DNA of 36,995 nt from a virus (IMGVR_UViG_3300028588_000055:1-36995); one strand, 5' to 3'; positions 27,764-36,666 are shown, counted from the stretch's first letter. Notes: generated by a model not told the origin, from the sequence alone. Translations and numbers: made by a program.

Positions 27764-28452
27764 GCTTGGTCGCCTTGTTCAGTTCCGCGAGAGGCTGCTA
27801 ACGCTGGGTATTCGTTTTCGAATCGTGCCCGCAGTTCTGGCAGCAAATTATGTTTTTGATCAGTTTGCAAATACCACTTGCGCCGCTTCTCTACTATGAA
27901 CGCAAAGTGGTTGATCAAGTCGCTCAGCTCTCCTTCACCAGCCTTGATCTGGGCGCGGATTTCGGCAGCGAGACGGCATGCTTCGTTTCCGTAATAAGCA
28001 AGGCGCTCTTGTTCAAACTGGTAGGCATCATCAAGGTCGGCCCAATACTGATACTGAGCCTTGATCCATGAATCGGCTTGATTGAAACGATTCACTAGGC
28101 TCTGGACTTTCGCTACGAACGGCACAGGCAGTAAAGTCCAATCGGGCTCGGGATCAAATTTGAATTCAATCGAGGACAGGTTTTCAAACGCAGAAGAGTC
28201 ATGCTGGCTACCATAACGCTCCATCGCTTCTTCGATGTCATAAAGCTGTTCGTTGCAACGCCTCGCGAATCCTTCAAGTTGAAGTACTACCTTCAGGTAC
28301 ACATGGTCAATTTTGTGGGATTCCTTTCTGGCTTCCTTCGCTTGCTCCATCCGCTTAGCATAGTAGTTCCAACCTACATTCATGAGGGCGCTTACAACTG
28401 CACTTGACATCACAAGTGCGAAATAATTCACGGGTTCCCCTGGTGTCGCCAT
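27760..28452 (-). CDS. N-terminally anchored hypothetical protein (moron)
   Basis: Probable start is ATG 28452 with an AGGA RBS; TM segment YFALVMSSAVVSALMNVGW; 4-bp overlap with the next gene. Confidence 0.7.
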   Translation of the reverse strand: MATPGEPVNYFALVMSSAVVSALMNVGWNYYAKRMEQAKEARKESHKIDHVYLKVVLQLEGFARRCNEQLYDIEEAMERYGSQHDSSAFENLSSIEFKFDPEPDWTLLPVPFVAKVQSLVNRFNQADSWIKAQYQYWADLDDAYQFEQERLAYYGNEACRLAAEIRAQIKAGEGELSDLINHFAFIVEKRRKWYLQTDQKHNLLPELRARFENEYPALAASRGTEQGDQA

Positions 28453-28583
28453 TGATGAGAGTCCTAGATAACTTTTGGAGTAAGACGGATTAGTAAGTGT
28501 ACGTTGTTCATTGTCCGGTAGGCAATAGTCCAGATGACTAAATAGCTGATCAAGCCCATAACAATAATAAGAGGCAAACAACT

Positions 28584-31568
28584 ATGTCATTCAACGGTTC
28601 GGGGACTTGGGTTCCCCCAGCAGGTCAGCCAGTCGCGAGCGGTACGGTCATCCAATCGACCACGCACAACACGCTGGTTACCGACATCGGCAATAGCTTT
28701 AACAACACGCTGCCGCGTGACGGCCAAGCCCCAATGCAAGGCCAACTCAAGATCACGGACGGCACAAGTTCGATCCCTGGCATTGGCTTCAACAGCGAAG
28801 CATCTACGGGCATGTTTCGCCCAACTCCAGGCGTACTGGGTTTGTCGGTGTCTGGAGTTGAAGGCCTGCGCCTAAACAGTGCGGGTCGCATCGTGATCGG
28901 CAGTACAGACGATGACGGTACGAATAAGCTGCAAGTCAACGGCCCAGCCAAAGTGACCGGCACTGCTACATTGGCAAGCACGCTAAACGTAGCTGGCGCG
29001 ACGAGCCTTTCGACCTTGAATACGTCAGGTGCCGCAACATTGGGCTCTACGCTCAATGTGACCGGTGCTGTAACGGCTGCATCGTTCAATGGTCCACTTA
29101 CCGGCAATGTAACCGGCAACGTCACCGGCAATGCCAGTGGTAACGCCGGTAGCGCGACCAAGCTGCAAATCGCTCGCAGCATCAATGGCGTGGCCTTCGA
29201 CGGCTCGGCCGACGTCACGGTTGCCGACTCAACTAAGCTGCCTTTGACTGGCCACGTTGGCATGCTGAACGGCGGCACGTCAGTTGACATCAGCAACACT
29301 AGTCTGAACGGCGCAACCAAAGCTGGTTTTTATCGCGGGAAGGCCATGACCGGCGCCCCTGACACCGGCTGGTGGTATGTGCTGGTTGAAAGCCATGATG
29401 CCACTGCGGAAGGTGCGGCTGGATGGTCGAAGCAGACCGTTACAGCTTATGGATCGGAAAATAGTTATCCGCCCGGTACGATCTTTGTACGTGTGCGCTC
29501 GGGCACTGCGGCCTGGGGCACATGGTTGCGCCAAGGCGGCGCAAACGGCGATACAACGCTCGATTTCTCGGCGCGCACCTTGGCTTCGGCAAGCACCGTT
29601 GCCGCGTCAGGTGGAGGCGGCTTCTTGAGCACTACCTATGCGAGCAACGCGCGTAATCCGATCTGGCGTTTCGGTAACGCTGATGGCTACGGTCTGAGCT
29701 ACTTCCAAGGTAGTTCTGGTATTGGTAGCCAAGACACTATCGGCTTGCACTTCGGCACGCCAACTGCACTGGCAGCGCCTTTTGCTTTCCGCCAGGATGG
29801 TACAGCCTGGTTTGGCAATTCGCTGAACGTGAACCAAGGTGGATTGCTATTGGATGCAGGTGGCAACCTGAATTTTAAGGCGAAGGCAGGCACTACGGAT
29901 GCAGGCGATGCTGTGTGGCTGGATGAAACGGGCGCAGAACAACACCGTCTGTGGTCCGATTTCGCCCAAAGCTCGTTGCTCTATCGCTACAAGGGCGGCA
30001 CGGCTTACAAGCTCTGGCATGAAGGCAATTTGAACCCGAGCGAAAGCGCTGACCCAAGCAGCATCGTGCGTCGAACCACGAACGGCTACATCAACGGCAA
30101 CTACATCTGGATGTCAGATGACGGCAACCCAGGCGGCAATCCAAACCCGGTCTCAGCAGTCATCACGAAACGCGGTGACAACTACTACCGTTCCTCGGAC
30201 GCGCTGTCAGTGAAGAACTTCCTTGGCCTGCGCAATCTGACAGTGAAACAGATCGGAGCCAGCGAGGATTTAAATGCTTACTATGCCACCCCGGGCTTCT
30301 TTGGTATGGCCGGTCATCCTGTTAATTCACCTATTGGCGACGGCCAGTTGCTAGTGATGGGAAGTCCTGACAAGGACACGACTGGCATGATCGCCATGCC
30401 GTATAGCAGCTCGGACGCATACATTCGTTCAGCCAACAACTATGGCGCAAACTGGAATCCGTGGACTCGCGTTCTGACGGAGTCTAATCCCACTGTGTGG
30501 CGTTCGTATGTTTCGCGTGTGCCAGACAACGGTGTGGTGCTGGAGACTTTTAACACCACGGCTACCAGCCAACCTCGCCAGTTCTACATTACTCATTCAT
30601 TAGCTGACGCGATAATTGGTAATGACCGTGGCGAACTGTACATGAATGGCGCTGCTTACCGTCTGCGTTTGGGTACGGGGCAGGTCAGCACGTTCAACTG
30701 GCAAGGTCAAAGCTACCAGCCTACATGGCTTTGGGGCGGTAATGATGCCTCCAGTATGAATGTGTACAACCCGTTGAACTTCGACGTGTCCACTGCATGG
30801 CGTCTGCGAACAGATCGCACCAACTACAGTGGTGCCACTGACGGTAACGTCGTCGGTCAGCTGATGTGGAAGAACTTCGGTAACAACCACACGATTTTCG
30901 ATGCCAGTAATGGCACGTCGCCAACTGGAGCGGCTATCGACAAAACCAATGCGCAAATTGCGTGGGGCTTGAACTATCCAACCCTGATGGGCTGGAATGG
31001 TTCTAACACGTATGGCGTACGAGTCGATTCCGCTCGCTGGGCAGACGGGGCGGGTTCTGCAAATGTCTTGAATGGTGCTGCACACACTAATGGCTCAGAT
31101 GGTTGGTTCCGTTCATCGGGCAACTGTGGTCTCTACAACGAAACGTACGACACCGGTATCTACGCCACGCAATGGCATCAAGTACGCACTTACAACGGCA
31201 CGAGCTTCTACTCGGAAGGCGATTTGTCGGCTGCCGGTAACGTCGGCGCGTACTCGGATGAACGCCTGAAAACCAACTGGCGTGATGTCAAGCCGAACTT
31301 CGTTAAGCGACTTGCCAAGGTCAAGTCTGGCGTGTACGACCGTACCGATGTGACGCTTACTCAGGCTGGTGTCAGCGCACAGTCCTGGCGTCGTCTGCTG
31401 CCACAAACGGTCATGAAGGACAAGCAGGGCATGCTGTCGGTGAACTACGGGGCTGCTGCTCTGGTTTCGTCGGTTGAGCTGGCTAAGGAAGTCGTGCAAT
31501 TGAAGCAAGACCTTACCAAAGCCATGAAGCTGATCGAGAAATTGACCAAGAAGCTGGGGGGCGTATGA
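28584..31568 (+). CDS. Tail fibre with C-terminal peptidase S74 intramolecular chaperone
   Basis: Podovirus anchor N-terminus, ATKLQIARSINGVAFDG fibre motif, YSDERLK...VNYG and a terminal coiled coil. Confidence 0.9.
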   Translation: MSFNGSGTWVPPAGQPVASGTVIQSTTHNTLVTDIGNSFNNTLPRDGQAPMQGQLKITDGTSSIPGIGFNSEASTGMFRPTPGVLGLSVSGVEGLRLNSAGRIVIGSTDDDGTNKLQVNGPAKVTGTATLASTLNVAGATSLSTLNTSGAATLGSTLNVTGAVTAASFNGPLTGNVTGNVTGNASGNAGSATKLQIARSINGVAFDGSADVTVADSTKLPLTGHVGMLNGGTSVDISNTSLNGATKAGFYRGKAMTGAPDTGWWYVLVESHDATAEGAAGWSKQTVTAYGSENSYPPGTIFVRVRSGTAAWGTWLRQGGANGDTTLDFSARTLASASTVAASGGGGFLSTTYASNARNPIWRFGNADGYGLSYFQGSSGIGSQDTIGLHFGTPTALAAPFAFRQDGTAWFGNSLNVNQGGLLLDAGGNLNFKAKAGTTDAGDAVWLDETGAEQHRLWSDFAQSSLLYRYKGGTAYKLWHEGNLNPSESADPSSIVRRTTNGYINGNYIWMSDDGNPGGNPNPVSAVITKRGDNYYRSSDALSVKNFLGLRNLTVKQIGASEDLNAYYATPGFFGMAGHPVNSPIGDGQLLVMGSPDKDTTGMIAMPYSSSDAYIRSANNYGANWNPWTRVLTESNPTVWRSYVSRVPDNGVVLETFNTTATSQPRQFYITHSLADAIIGNDRGELYMNGAAYRLRLGTGQVSTFNWQGQSYQPTWLWGGNDASSMNVYNPLNFDVSTAWRLRTDRTNYSGATDGNVVGQLMWKNFGNNHTIFDASNGTSPTGAAIDKTNAQIAWGLNYPTLMGWNGSNTYGVRVDSARWADGAGSANVLNGAAHTNGSDGWFRSSGNCGLYNETYDTGIYATQWHQVRTYNGTSFYSEGDLSAAGNVGAYSDERLKTNWRDVKPNFVKRLAKVKSGVYDRTDVTLTQAGVSAQSWRRLLPQTVMKDKQGMLSVNYGAAALVSSVELAKEVVQLKQDLTKAMKLIEKLTKKLGGV

Positions 31569-32047
31569 CACTCCAAGCAAGCGGTCCTATCAGCTTTAGT
31601 GATGTTCTGGGCGAGCTGCGTATTGCGAACCCAGGGCGAGCCAGTGCTATTTCGCTGAACGATAGCGATGTGCGGGCTTTGGCCGGAAAGCCATCCGGTT
31701 CGATCTCATTAAGTGATCTTTACGGAAAAAGCAGTTTCACGGCAACTGGTCATGACGCTACTGGCTCAGGTATTTCATCAACTTCAGGCGGCACAATTAG
31801 TGTGTCTCCATACGTAACAGTCATTGGCGGCTCTAATGTGACCTATCAGTGGAGCATTACAGCTAGCAACATTAGTGTGACGCTTGGTAATGCAAATAGC
31901 TCGTATTGCACGGTTTCGCGCTCATACGCAAAACTCTCTGACGGATTCTTTAACGTCACACTGCAATGCGTCGTCACAAACGGTAACGGCGCGTCAATCA
32001 CCATTTCCGGCATTAACGCCTACGGCGAATGGTCTAGCTACAGGTAA
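31565..32047 (+). CDS. Tail-fibre tip adhesin-like protein
   Basis: N-terminal SGPISFSDV..ISLSDLYGKS attachment motif followed by a beta-rich domain; overlaps the fibre stop codon. Confidence 0.7.
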   Translation: MTLQASGPISFSDVLGELRIANPGRASAISLNDSDVRALAGKPSGSISLSDLYGKSSFTATGHDATGSGISSTSGGTISVSPYVTVIGGSNVTYQWSITASNISVTLGNANSSYCTVSRSYAKLSDGFFNVTLQCVVTNGNGASITISGINAYGEWSSYR

Positions 32048-32053
32048 CTAACT

Positions 32054-32284
32054 ATGATTTTTTTCAAACATTTAATAACTGGCGCAGATAATCAAACGGT
32101 TGATGTTGCGCGTGTCCTCTGGATTCTTGGTGTAATCGCATTCTTGTTCCTTAGTGGCCTCGACGTTTATAAGTCGGGTCACTTTGACATGGCTAATTTT
32201 TCGCTTGGTTATGGCGGCCTTCTGGCTGCTGGTGCTGCTGGCGTCAAGATCAAAGAGAGCAGTGAGCCACGTATAAATAAATGA
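32054..32284 (+). CDS. Holin-like membrane protein
   Basis: 76 aa, 2 TM helices, charged C-terminus, at the lysis-module position. Confidence 0.6.
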   Translation: MIFFKHLITGADNQTVDVARVLWILGVIAFLFLSGLDVYKSGHFDMANFSLGYGGLLAAGAAGVKIKESSEPRINK

Positions 32285-32336
32285 AAAGTGCCAGGGCACT
32301 AAACATCAAATGCAATTACATCAGCGGGGTAACAAA

Positions 32337-32549
32337 ATGAGTAGTGAAGCAACACAAGCAATTAAGGGAGTTGTGGACGCCCTAGCCGCAAGCGTGACGG
32401 TATTAACTGTATTCAGAGTTCTACCGGGCATTGCTGCTGCATTCGCTATCGTTTGGTACACCGTAGGGCTGTACGAGAAGTTTACAGGTCGTCAGTTTAG
32501 CGAGTCTCGTTTCGCCCGATGGCTGACAGGTAAATCAAAGTCTGAATAA
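32337..32549 (+). CDS. Small membrane protein (holin-like)
   Basis: Hydrophobic core LPGIAAAFAIVWY and a basic tail; probable start is ATG 32337. Confidence 0.6.
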   Translation: MSSEATQAIKGVVDALAASVTVLTVFRVLPGIAAAFAIVWYTVGLYEKFTGRQFSESRFARWLTGKSKSE

Positions 32550-32552
32550 CCT

Positions 32553-32843
32553 ATGATTGCTAACACGGATGATGAAATTGCAGATGTGCTTGACCGTCTA
32601 ACCTGGGATGCAAACGACCTCGTATTGATTCTGTATTTGATAGGTAGAAGCCCGCTGTACATGACCAGAAACTTTATGTTTCATCGGTCGGATAGCATAG
32701 ACCCGTTTGAGTTGAACATGCCAATCGATAAGACTTTGCTTCGCAAATGGTTAAAGGGTCCGCATGATCAAATGCGGGTTGATGTAGTCCGGCCATTCCT
32801 CAGTAGTGATCGGGTGATGTTTCGGCCAGACATTGAATCATAA
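32553..32843 (+). CDS. Hypothetical protein
   Basis: 96-aa ORF tightly following the upstream gene. Confidence 0.5.
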   Translation: MIANTDDEIADVLDRLTWDANDLVLILYLIGRSPLYMTRNFMFHRSDSIDPFELNMPIDKTLLRKWLKGPHDQMRVDVVRPFLSSDRVMFRPDIES

Positions 32844-32900
32844 ATACTTGCGCACTTAACTCATGAGTGTGATTATTCGCAAAATACTCCTCTACGAACT

Positions 32901-32927
32901 GGCTCACTTCGGTGAGCCTTTTCTTTT
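32901..32927 (+). terminator. Rho-independent terminator
   Basis: GGCTCAC-TTCG-GTGAGCC followed by TTTTCTTTT. Confidence 0.85.
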
Positions 32928-33007
32928 GCCAGGACGGTTCATTTAAGCGTCTGTTAACTCCGTGATTATTTAAATAAATAAATCTGTCAACAACGGAGGA
33001 GACCCAA

Positions 33008-33325
33008 ATGACGAAACACACTATCACCGGCAACCAAGTAATCATCCAGCAAATCCAGCTTAGCATTCCGGAACGCTTCGCTTCATACATGCGCATCATC
33101 GCGCCTCAACTGCGCGAAAAAGGCTATCAGTACTTTGTTGCATGCCCAACTGACGAATACATCGAGCACTGCGAATGGTGCGCCGATAACTGTTCTGACT
33201 ACACACTCGCACATCACGACGTATGGCAGGTTGCGCCAGTGTATCCACGCGCATTCGCAAACCAAGCTGACGCTGTACTGTTCATGCTGACGTTTGCTGC
33301 AACCCAGATTGGAGGCGCAAAGTGA
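33008..33325 (+). CDS. Small hypothetical protein with a WC...F.NQADAVLFML motif
   Basis: GGAGGAG RBS; TAAATA upstream. Confidence 0.75.
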   Translation: MTKHTITGNQVIIQQIQLSIPERFASYMRIIAPQLREKGYQYFVACPTDEYIEHCEWCADNCSDYTLAHHDVWQVAPVYPRAFANQADAVLFMLTFAATQIGGAK

Positions 33326-33501
33326 TGCCTGACTATCGATTCTATGTGTTGGTCCGCAAAGCAGACGAGCACCGCAGTGCTGGATTCTGGGGAATGGCGA
33401 GAGGAGGGCAGCTCATCGAGCCGCACGATAAAGGTTGGCTAGTGAGGTTTGAGCAGGAGGGCGACGTAATAAGATTTTTAAACTTCGTGAAGAACAACTA
33501 A
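33325..33501 (+). CDS. 58-aa hypothetical protein (not in the ORF track)
   Basis: TGATG overlap and GGAGG RBS; reads MPDYRFYVLV...VRFEQEGDVIRFLNFVKNN. Confidence 0.65.
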   Translation: MPDYRFYVLVRKADEHRSAGFWGMARGGQLIEPHDKGWLVRFEQEGDVIRFLNFVKNN

Positions 33502-33503
33502 AC

Positions 33504-33528
33504 AAAAGGGAGCATTGCTCCCTTTTTT
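33504..33528 (+). terminator. Rho-independent terminator
   Basis: AAAAGGGAGCA-T-TGCTCCCTTTTTT. Confidence 0.8.
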
Positions 33529-33576
33529 ATTTAATAAATAAATCTGCAAATTGCACATTACAAAGGAGAGAAGGCA

Positions 33577-33753
33577 ATGACCCAAGACGAAATTAACAAA
33601 GCAGTGGCGAAAGCGATTGAGGCCCGAAAGCTTATCCAGGAACTGCGTGAGGCTGGCTTGATTCGCGACAGCTACTTTCCGGCACTCACATCTGGATTGA
33701 GCGCAGTAGAGAAGAAGTTGAAACGTACGCCTCCAAGCAAGGAGGACAAGTAA
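33577..33753 (+). CDS. 58-aa hypothetical protein (not in the ORF track)
   Basis: AAAGGAG RBS; TAAATA at 33535; reads MTQDEINKAVAKAIEARKLIQELREAG... Confidence 0.65.
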   Translation: MTQDEINKAVAKAIEARKLIQELREAGLIRDSYFPALTSGLSAVEKKLKRTPPSKEDK

Positions 33754-33782
33754 TGCAAACTGATGACAGCCATTTTGCGTTG

Positions 33783-33939
33783 TAAGTGGTTGATTTAAAA
33801 GGGTTTGCCGTCATTTCGAGGTTAGTTGTTATTTTTAAGTGATTGAGGGCTGATGATTGCGTGATGCGCATGGGAACTGGGAGAATTTGCCATTTTTTTT
33901 GCAAAAAGTAGCATAGTTTATTGCGCAATCAACTTTTTA
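33783..33939. promoter_or_regulatory. Two IHF-consensus sites in an AT-rich intergenic region
   Basis: TAAGTGGTTGATT (33783-33795) and AATCAACTTTTTA (33927-33939) fit WATCAANNNNTTR. Confidence 0.45.
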
Positions 33940-34042
33940 GGACGTTTTGCGCCCCTTCCTGTTCAGTGTTTTCTTCGGCAGAATGGCTGTCAAGCGATCG
34001 CGAAACGCCAGACCATTTAAAGAAACCGAACTAGGACAACAC

Positions 34043-34840
34043 ATGAATACCGGAGCACAAACCACCGATCAAAACGTAACGCAGCCCGCAGGTGATGAGG
34101 TCAGCGCGCAATCTGCTGATTCATCCGGCACGCCTGCCGAACAAGCTGAACCGCCTGTATCCACGACTTCAGATGAATCTCCGAGGCCACACCCAATGAT
34201 TGAAACGTTATTCGAAATGTGGGATGAAATGGATGGGCCTATCGTCGCAGTGACCACTCTGCTGCATGAGGCATGGTGGGCAAGCAGTCTCCTCGAAAGG
34301 GAAGCCAAGCTTAAGCAGGCATTAGCGCTGCTTCCGGGGGCGGCAGAAAGCATTAAAGAGGGGATCAAACTGAATGGACAGCAGAGGGCGATTCAAGTAC
34401 GCCCGAAGCTGGCCGAAATCGCAAAGAGCGAAGGCTTTCCAAGTGTTGAGGCCATGCTCGAAGCAGGCGGTTTCAAGATGGAAAACCGTCAGGGCAGCCA
34501 GCAAAGTGATCCCGGTCACACTCCTGCTACTAAGAGCGAGCCGCAACCTGCTGCCGAGAAGTCTAGAGCAGGGCGTAATCTCTATCCAGACGCGCAGACG
34601 GTCTACGAGTATCTTGCTTATCCTGACCATAACGATTATCAGTGGGGTTACACGCAGAGTCTGCGTAGTCTGACTGAGAAGAAACACCCTTGGGCAAAGA
34701 AGCTCAAAAATGGTAAGCCTGATCCCGCCCATTTCCGCAAGGCCGATGAGAATGACATCGCGGAAATGCAACGTCGGCGTGAACAGAGGATTGCCGAAGT
34801 GAACGCGATGAGGGAGGCGCGTGCAGCAAAAAAGACGTAA
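34043..34840 (+). CDS. Hypothetical protein with a weak H-NS/MvaT-like oligomerisation segment
   Basis: AGGA RBS before ATG 34043; KLAEIAKSEGFPSVEAML followed by a linker and a basic domain. Confidence 0.65.
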   Translation: MNTGAQTTDQNVTQPAGDEVSAQSADSSGTPAEQAEPPVSTTSDESPRPHPMIETLFEMWDEMDGPIVAVTTLLHEAWWASSLLEREAKLKQALALLPGAAESIKEGIKLNGQQRAIQVRPKLAEIAKSEGFPSVEAMLEAGGFKMENRQGSQQSDPGHTPATKSEPQPAAEKSRAGRNLYPDAQTVYEYLAYPDHNDYQWGYTQSLRSLTEKKHPWAKKLKNGKPDPAHFRKADENDIAEMQRRREQRIAEVNAMREARAAKKT

Positions 34841-34848
34841 GCCAATCC

Positions 34849-35304
34849 ATGCCGGAGCCGTCCCATGGATTGGCAGGGATTGAGGCGAGCTTTGCAGACT
34901 GGGTAAATGCGAAGGGCGGATGCTGTGCAGTTGTGAAGGCCGTAGAGAAGTTTGAAACGGAAATGGCTAAAGCCGTGGAGAAGCCTCGAACAACCGGTAA
35001 ACGAAAATTTCTGTTCAGGAGCGCCGAGGAAGCGATTCGACTGCTTGCTCTTAATGGACAAGCCAGAGATGTCTATGCCATTAACAAAGATGCGATGCCG
35101 GAAATGTTTAAGAAGCTACGCCCAGACTTCGTCAATTCGTTTAGGTTTTTGGTTGTCAACATCATCGGTGATGAACTGGTTTTTCACGGGTTCTACGATC
35201 ATCAAGTGAATTTTGGTCAGAAGTTCATTCGGCCAGTGAACATGGACGGCACAAGCGAAAGCAAATGGCCTGACTGGCTGGTTGGAAAATCAGATACTTG
35301 CTGA
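34849..35304 (+). CDS. Hypothetical protein
   Basis: 151-aa ORF ending before a terminator. Confidence 0.6.
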   Translation: MPEPSHGLAGIEASFADWVNAKGGCCAVVKAVEKFETEMAKAVEKPRTTGKRKFLFRSAEEAIRLLALNGQARDVYAINKDAMPEMFKKLRPDFVNSFRFLVVNIIGDELVFHGFYDHQVNFGQKFIRPVNMDGTSESKWPDWLVGKSDTC

Positions 35305-35311
35305 GCACGGC

Positions 35312-35352
35312 AACGCAAAAGGCCCCTAGCGAACCAGGGGCCTTTGCGTTTT
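35312..35352. terminator. Bidirectional terminator between convergent genes
   Basis: AACGCAAAAGGCCCCT...AGGGGCCTTTGCGTTTT. Confidence 0.8.
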
Positions 35353-35407
35353 AGGAGGACATACACATGCGAACAGCGCGGCCTCATGACTTACCGCGCA
35401 TGTCTAT

Positions 35408-36442
35408 TTATGTTCCGTCGAACACGGCAATAGCGTGCTCTGCAACCTCGCTCGGCATCGCGTGCAAATACACGAGCGTGCTGTTGATGTTCTTGTGGCC
35501 CAGGAACTGCTGTACTTTGCGGATGTCCATACCAGCGCGAAGGAGGCGCGTAGCGGCCGAGTGACGGTAGGTATGACTTGTGACCTTGCCAGCATCGAAG
35601 TTAAGGCCTGCGCGCTTTGCTGTCTCAATCACCCAGCGACCGCTATTTTTAGGCTTGTTGTGTTTGGCCGAGAAGACCCAGTTGTCGATCTTCGTTGCAA
35701 ACCGGCGCTCTAGAACAGCGCGTAGCGCCTTGGTCATCATCAGCAGCGTGTCGTTGCAGTTCTTGAGGCGGCGAACCAAGATCGTGTTGTTTGCAAAGTC
35801 AACGTCTGACCAGCGCAGGTTGTGTGCCTCGTTGATACGTGCGCCCAGGTGCAGCAAGCAGATGAGCACATCTTGATTGTCCTGCCGCTGCGCATCGCTT
35901 TCAGGTGTTTTGCCGGGATACTTGGCGTTTGGGCTGGTTGCCGCAAGCATCAAGGCTTCTTCCTTTTCGCTGATGACACGGAAACGGGTACGCTTTGGTT
36001 TGATGCGGTTGAGTTTGGGGCCGGCTTGCATCTTGCGTTCGATGCAGTGGTTGACTAGTGCGTTCCAGTACGTGACGAACACAGAGATAGTGTTCTGTGA
36101 TGCGCCTTCGGCCAAGCGGGTATTAACGACTGCTTCCAGTTCGGCTTTCGTCAGCGCTTGCATTTTCACGTTAGGCAGCGCGTCTTTCCAGTGCTGAAGG
36201 TGTTGACGCGCTGATACAAAGCTGGCCTTGTGTTTGCGTACTTCCAGAAAGCTGTCGATTGCTTCATACAATGTGACAGGGCGTTCGCCTTCGTAGACGA
36301 CTGTCTGCACAGCTTCGTGTTCCCACTTCTTGGCCAGTGTCTCGGCAAGCTTCTTGTCAGCAGTCTTAGTCGATCGGTTGAACATTACGCCGTCAACCAT
36401 CTTGCGCCAGTACCAGATTCCGTTTCGATTGATTAATGCCAC
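35408..36442 (-). CDS. int: Tyrosine recombinase / integrase
   Basis: Catalytic R (GARINE), K (RLKN), HxxR (HTYRH), LGH and Y; N-terminal arm-binding beta domain. Confidence 0.95.
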   Translation of the reverse strand: MALINRNGIWYWRKMVDGVMFNRSTKTADKKLAETLAKKWEHEAVQTVVYEGERPVTLYEAIDSFLEVRKHKASFVSARQHLQHWKDALPNVKMQALTKAELEAVVNTRLAEGASQNTISVFVTYWNALVNHCIERKMQAGPKLNRIKPKRTRFRVISEKEEALMLAATSPNAKYPGKTPESDAQRQDNQDVLICLLHLGARINEAHNLRWSDVDFANNTILVRRLKNCNDTLLMMTKALRAVLERRFATKIDNWVFSAKHNKPKNSGRWVIETAKRAGLNFDAGKVTSHTYRHSAATRLLRAGMDIRKVQQFLGHKNINSTLVYLHAMPSEVAEHAIAVFDGT

Positions 36443-36474
36443 CTGCGTTCTCCACTAGGAAACGCAACACTGTC

Positions 36475-36555
36475 CGCGTGCAAAGAGCTTGCAGAATCCC
36501 TGTACAAACGCGTGCAAAAAACGTGCAAAAAATTTGTACAAAACGCGTGCAAAAA
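36475..36555 (+). repeat. Array of GT(G/A)CAAA(A) direct repeats, putative arm/regulatory sites
   Basis: CGCGTGCAAA at 36475, 36509 and 36544; CGTGCAAAA at 36522; TGTACAAA at 36501 and 36535. Confidence 0.8.
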
Positions 36556-36666
36556 CAGTATTGCTGAGACCTAGGAGAATGCGTTCGTGTTGACAAAAGA
36601 TCAACATTGGAGTGACAGTCTTGCTGCCGTATTAACAGCCTACGACAGCAATTTGGAAGGGAAAAA

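Noticed and set aside
28453-28581. N-terminal extension of the 273-aa minus-strand ORF
   Set aside because: It overlaps the tail-fibre RBS and TAAATA; ATG 28452 has an RBS
28584-32047. DGR or shufflon acting on the tail fibre
   Set aside because: No RT, no template repeat differing at adenines, and no invertase or alternative fibre cassettes seen
36475-36555. CRISPR-like array
   Set aside because: Units are ~8-12 bp with no unique spacers, and there are no cas genes
36500-36560. LexA (SOS) box upstream of int
   Set aside because: The CTGT and ACAG half-sites are not in CTGT-N8-ACAG spacing
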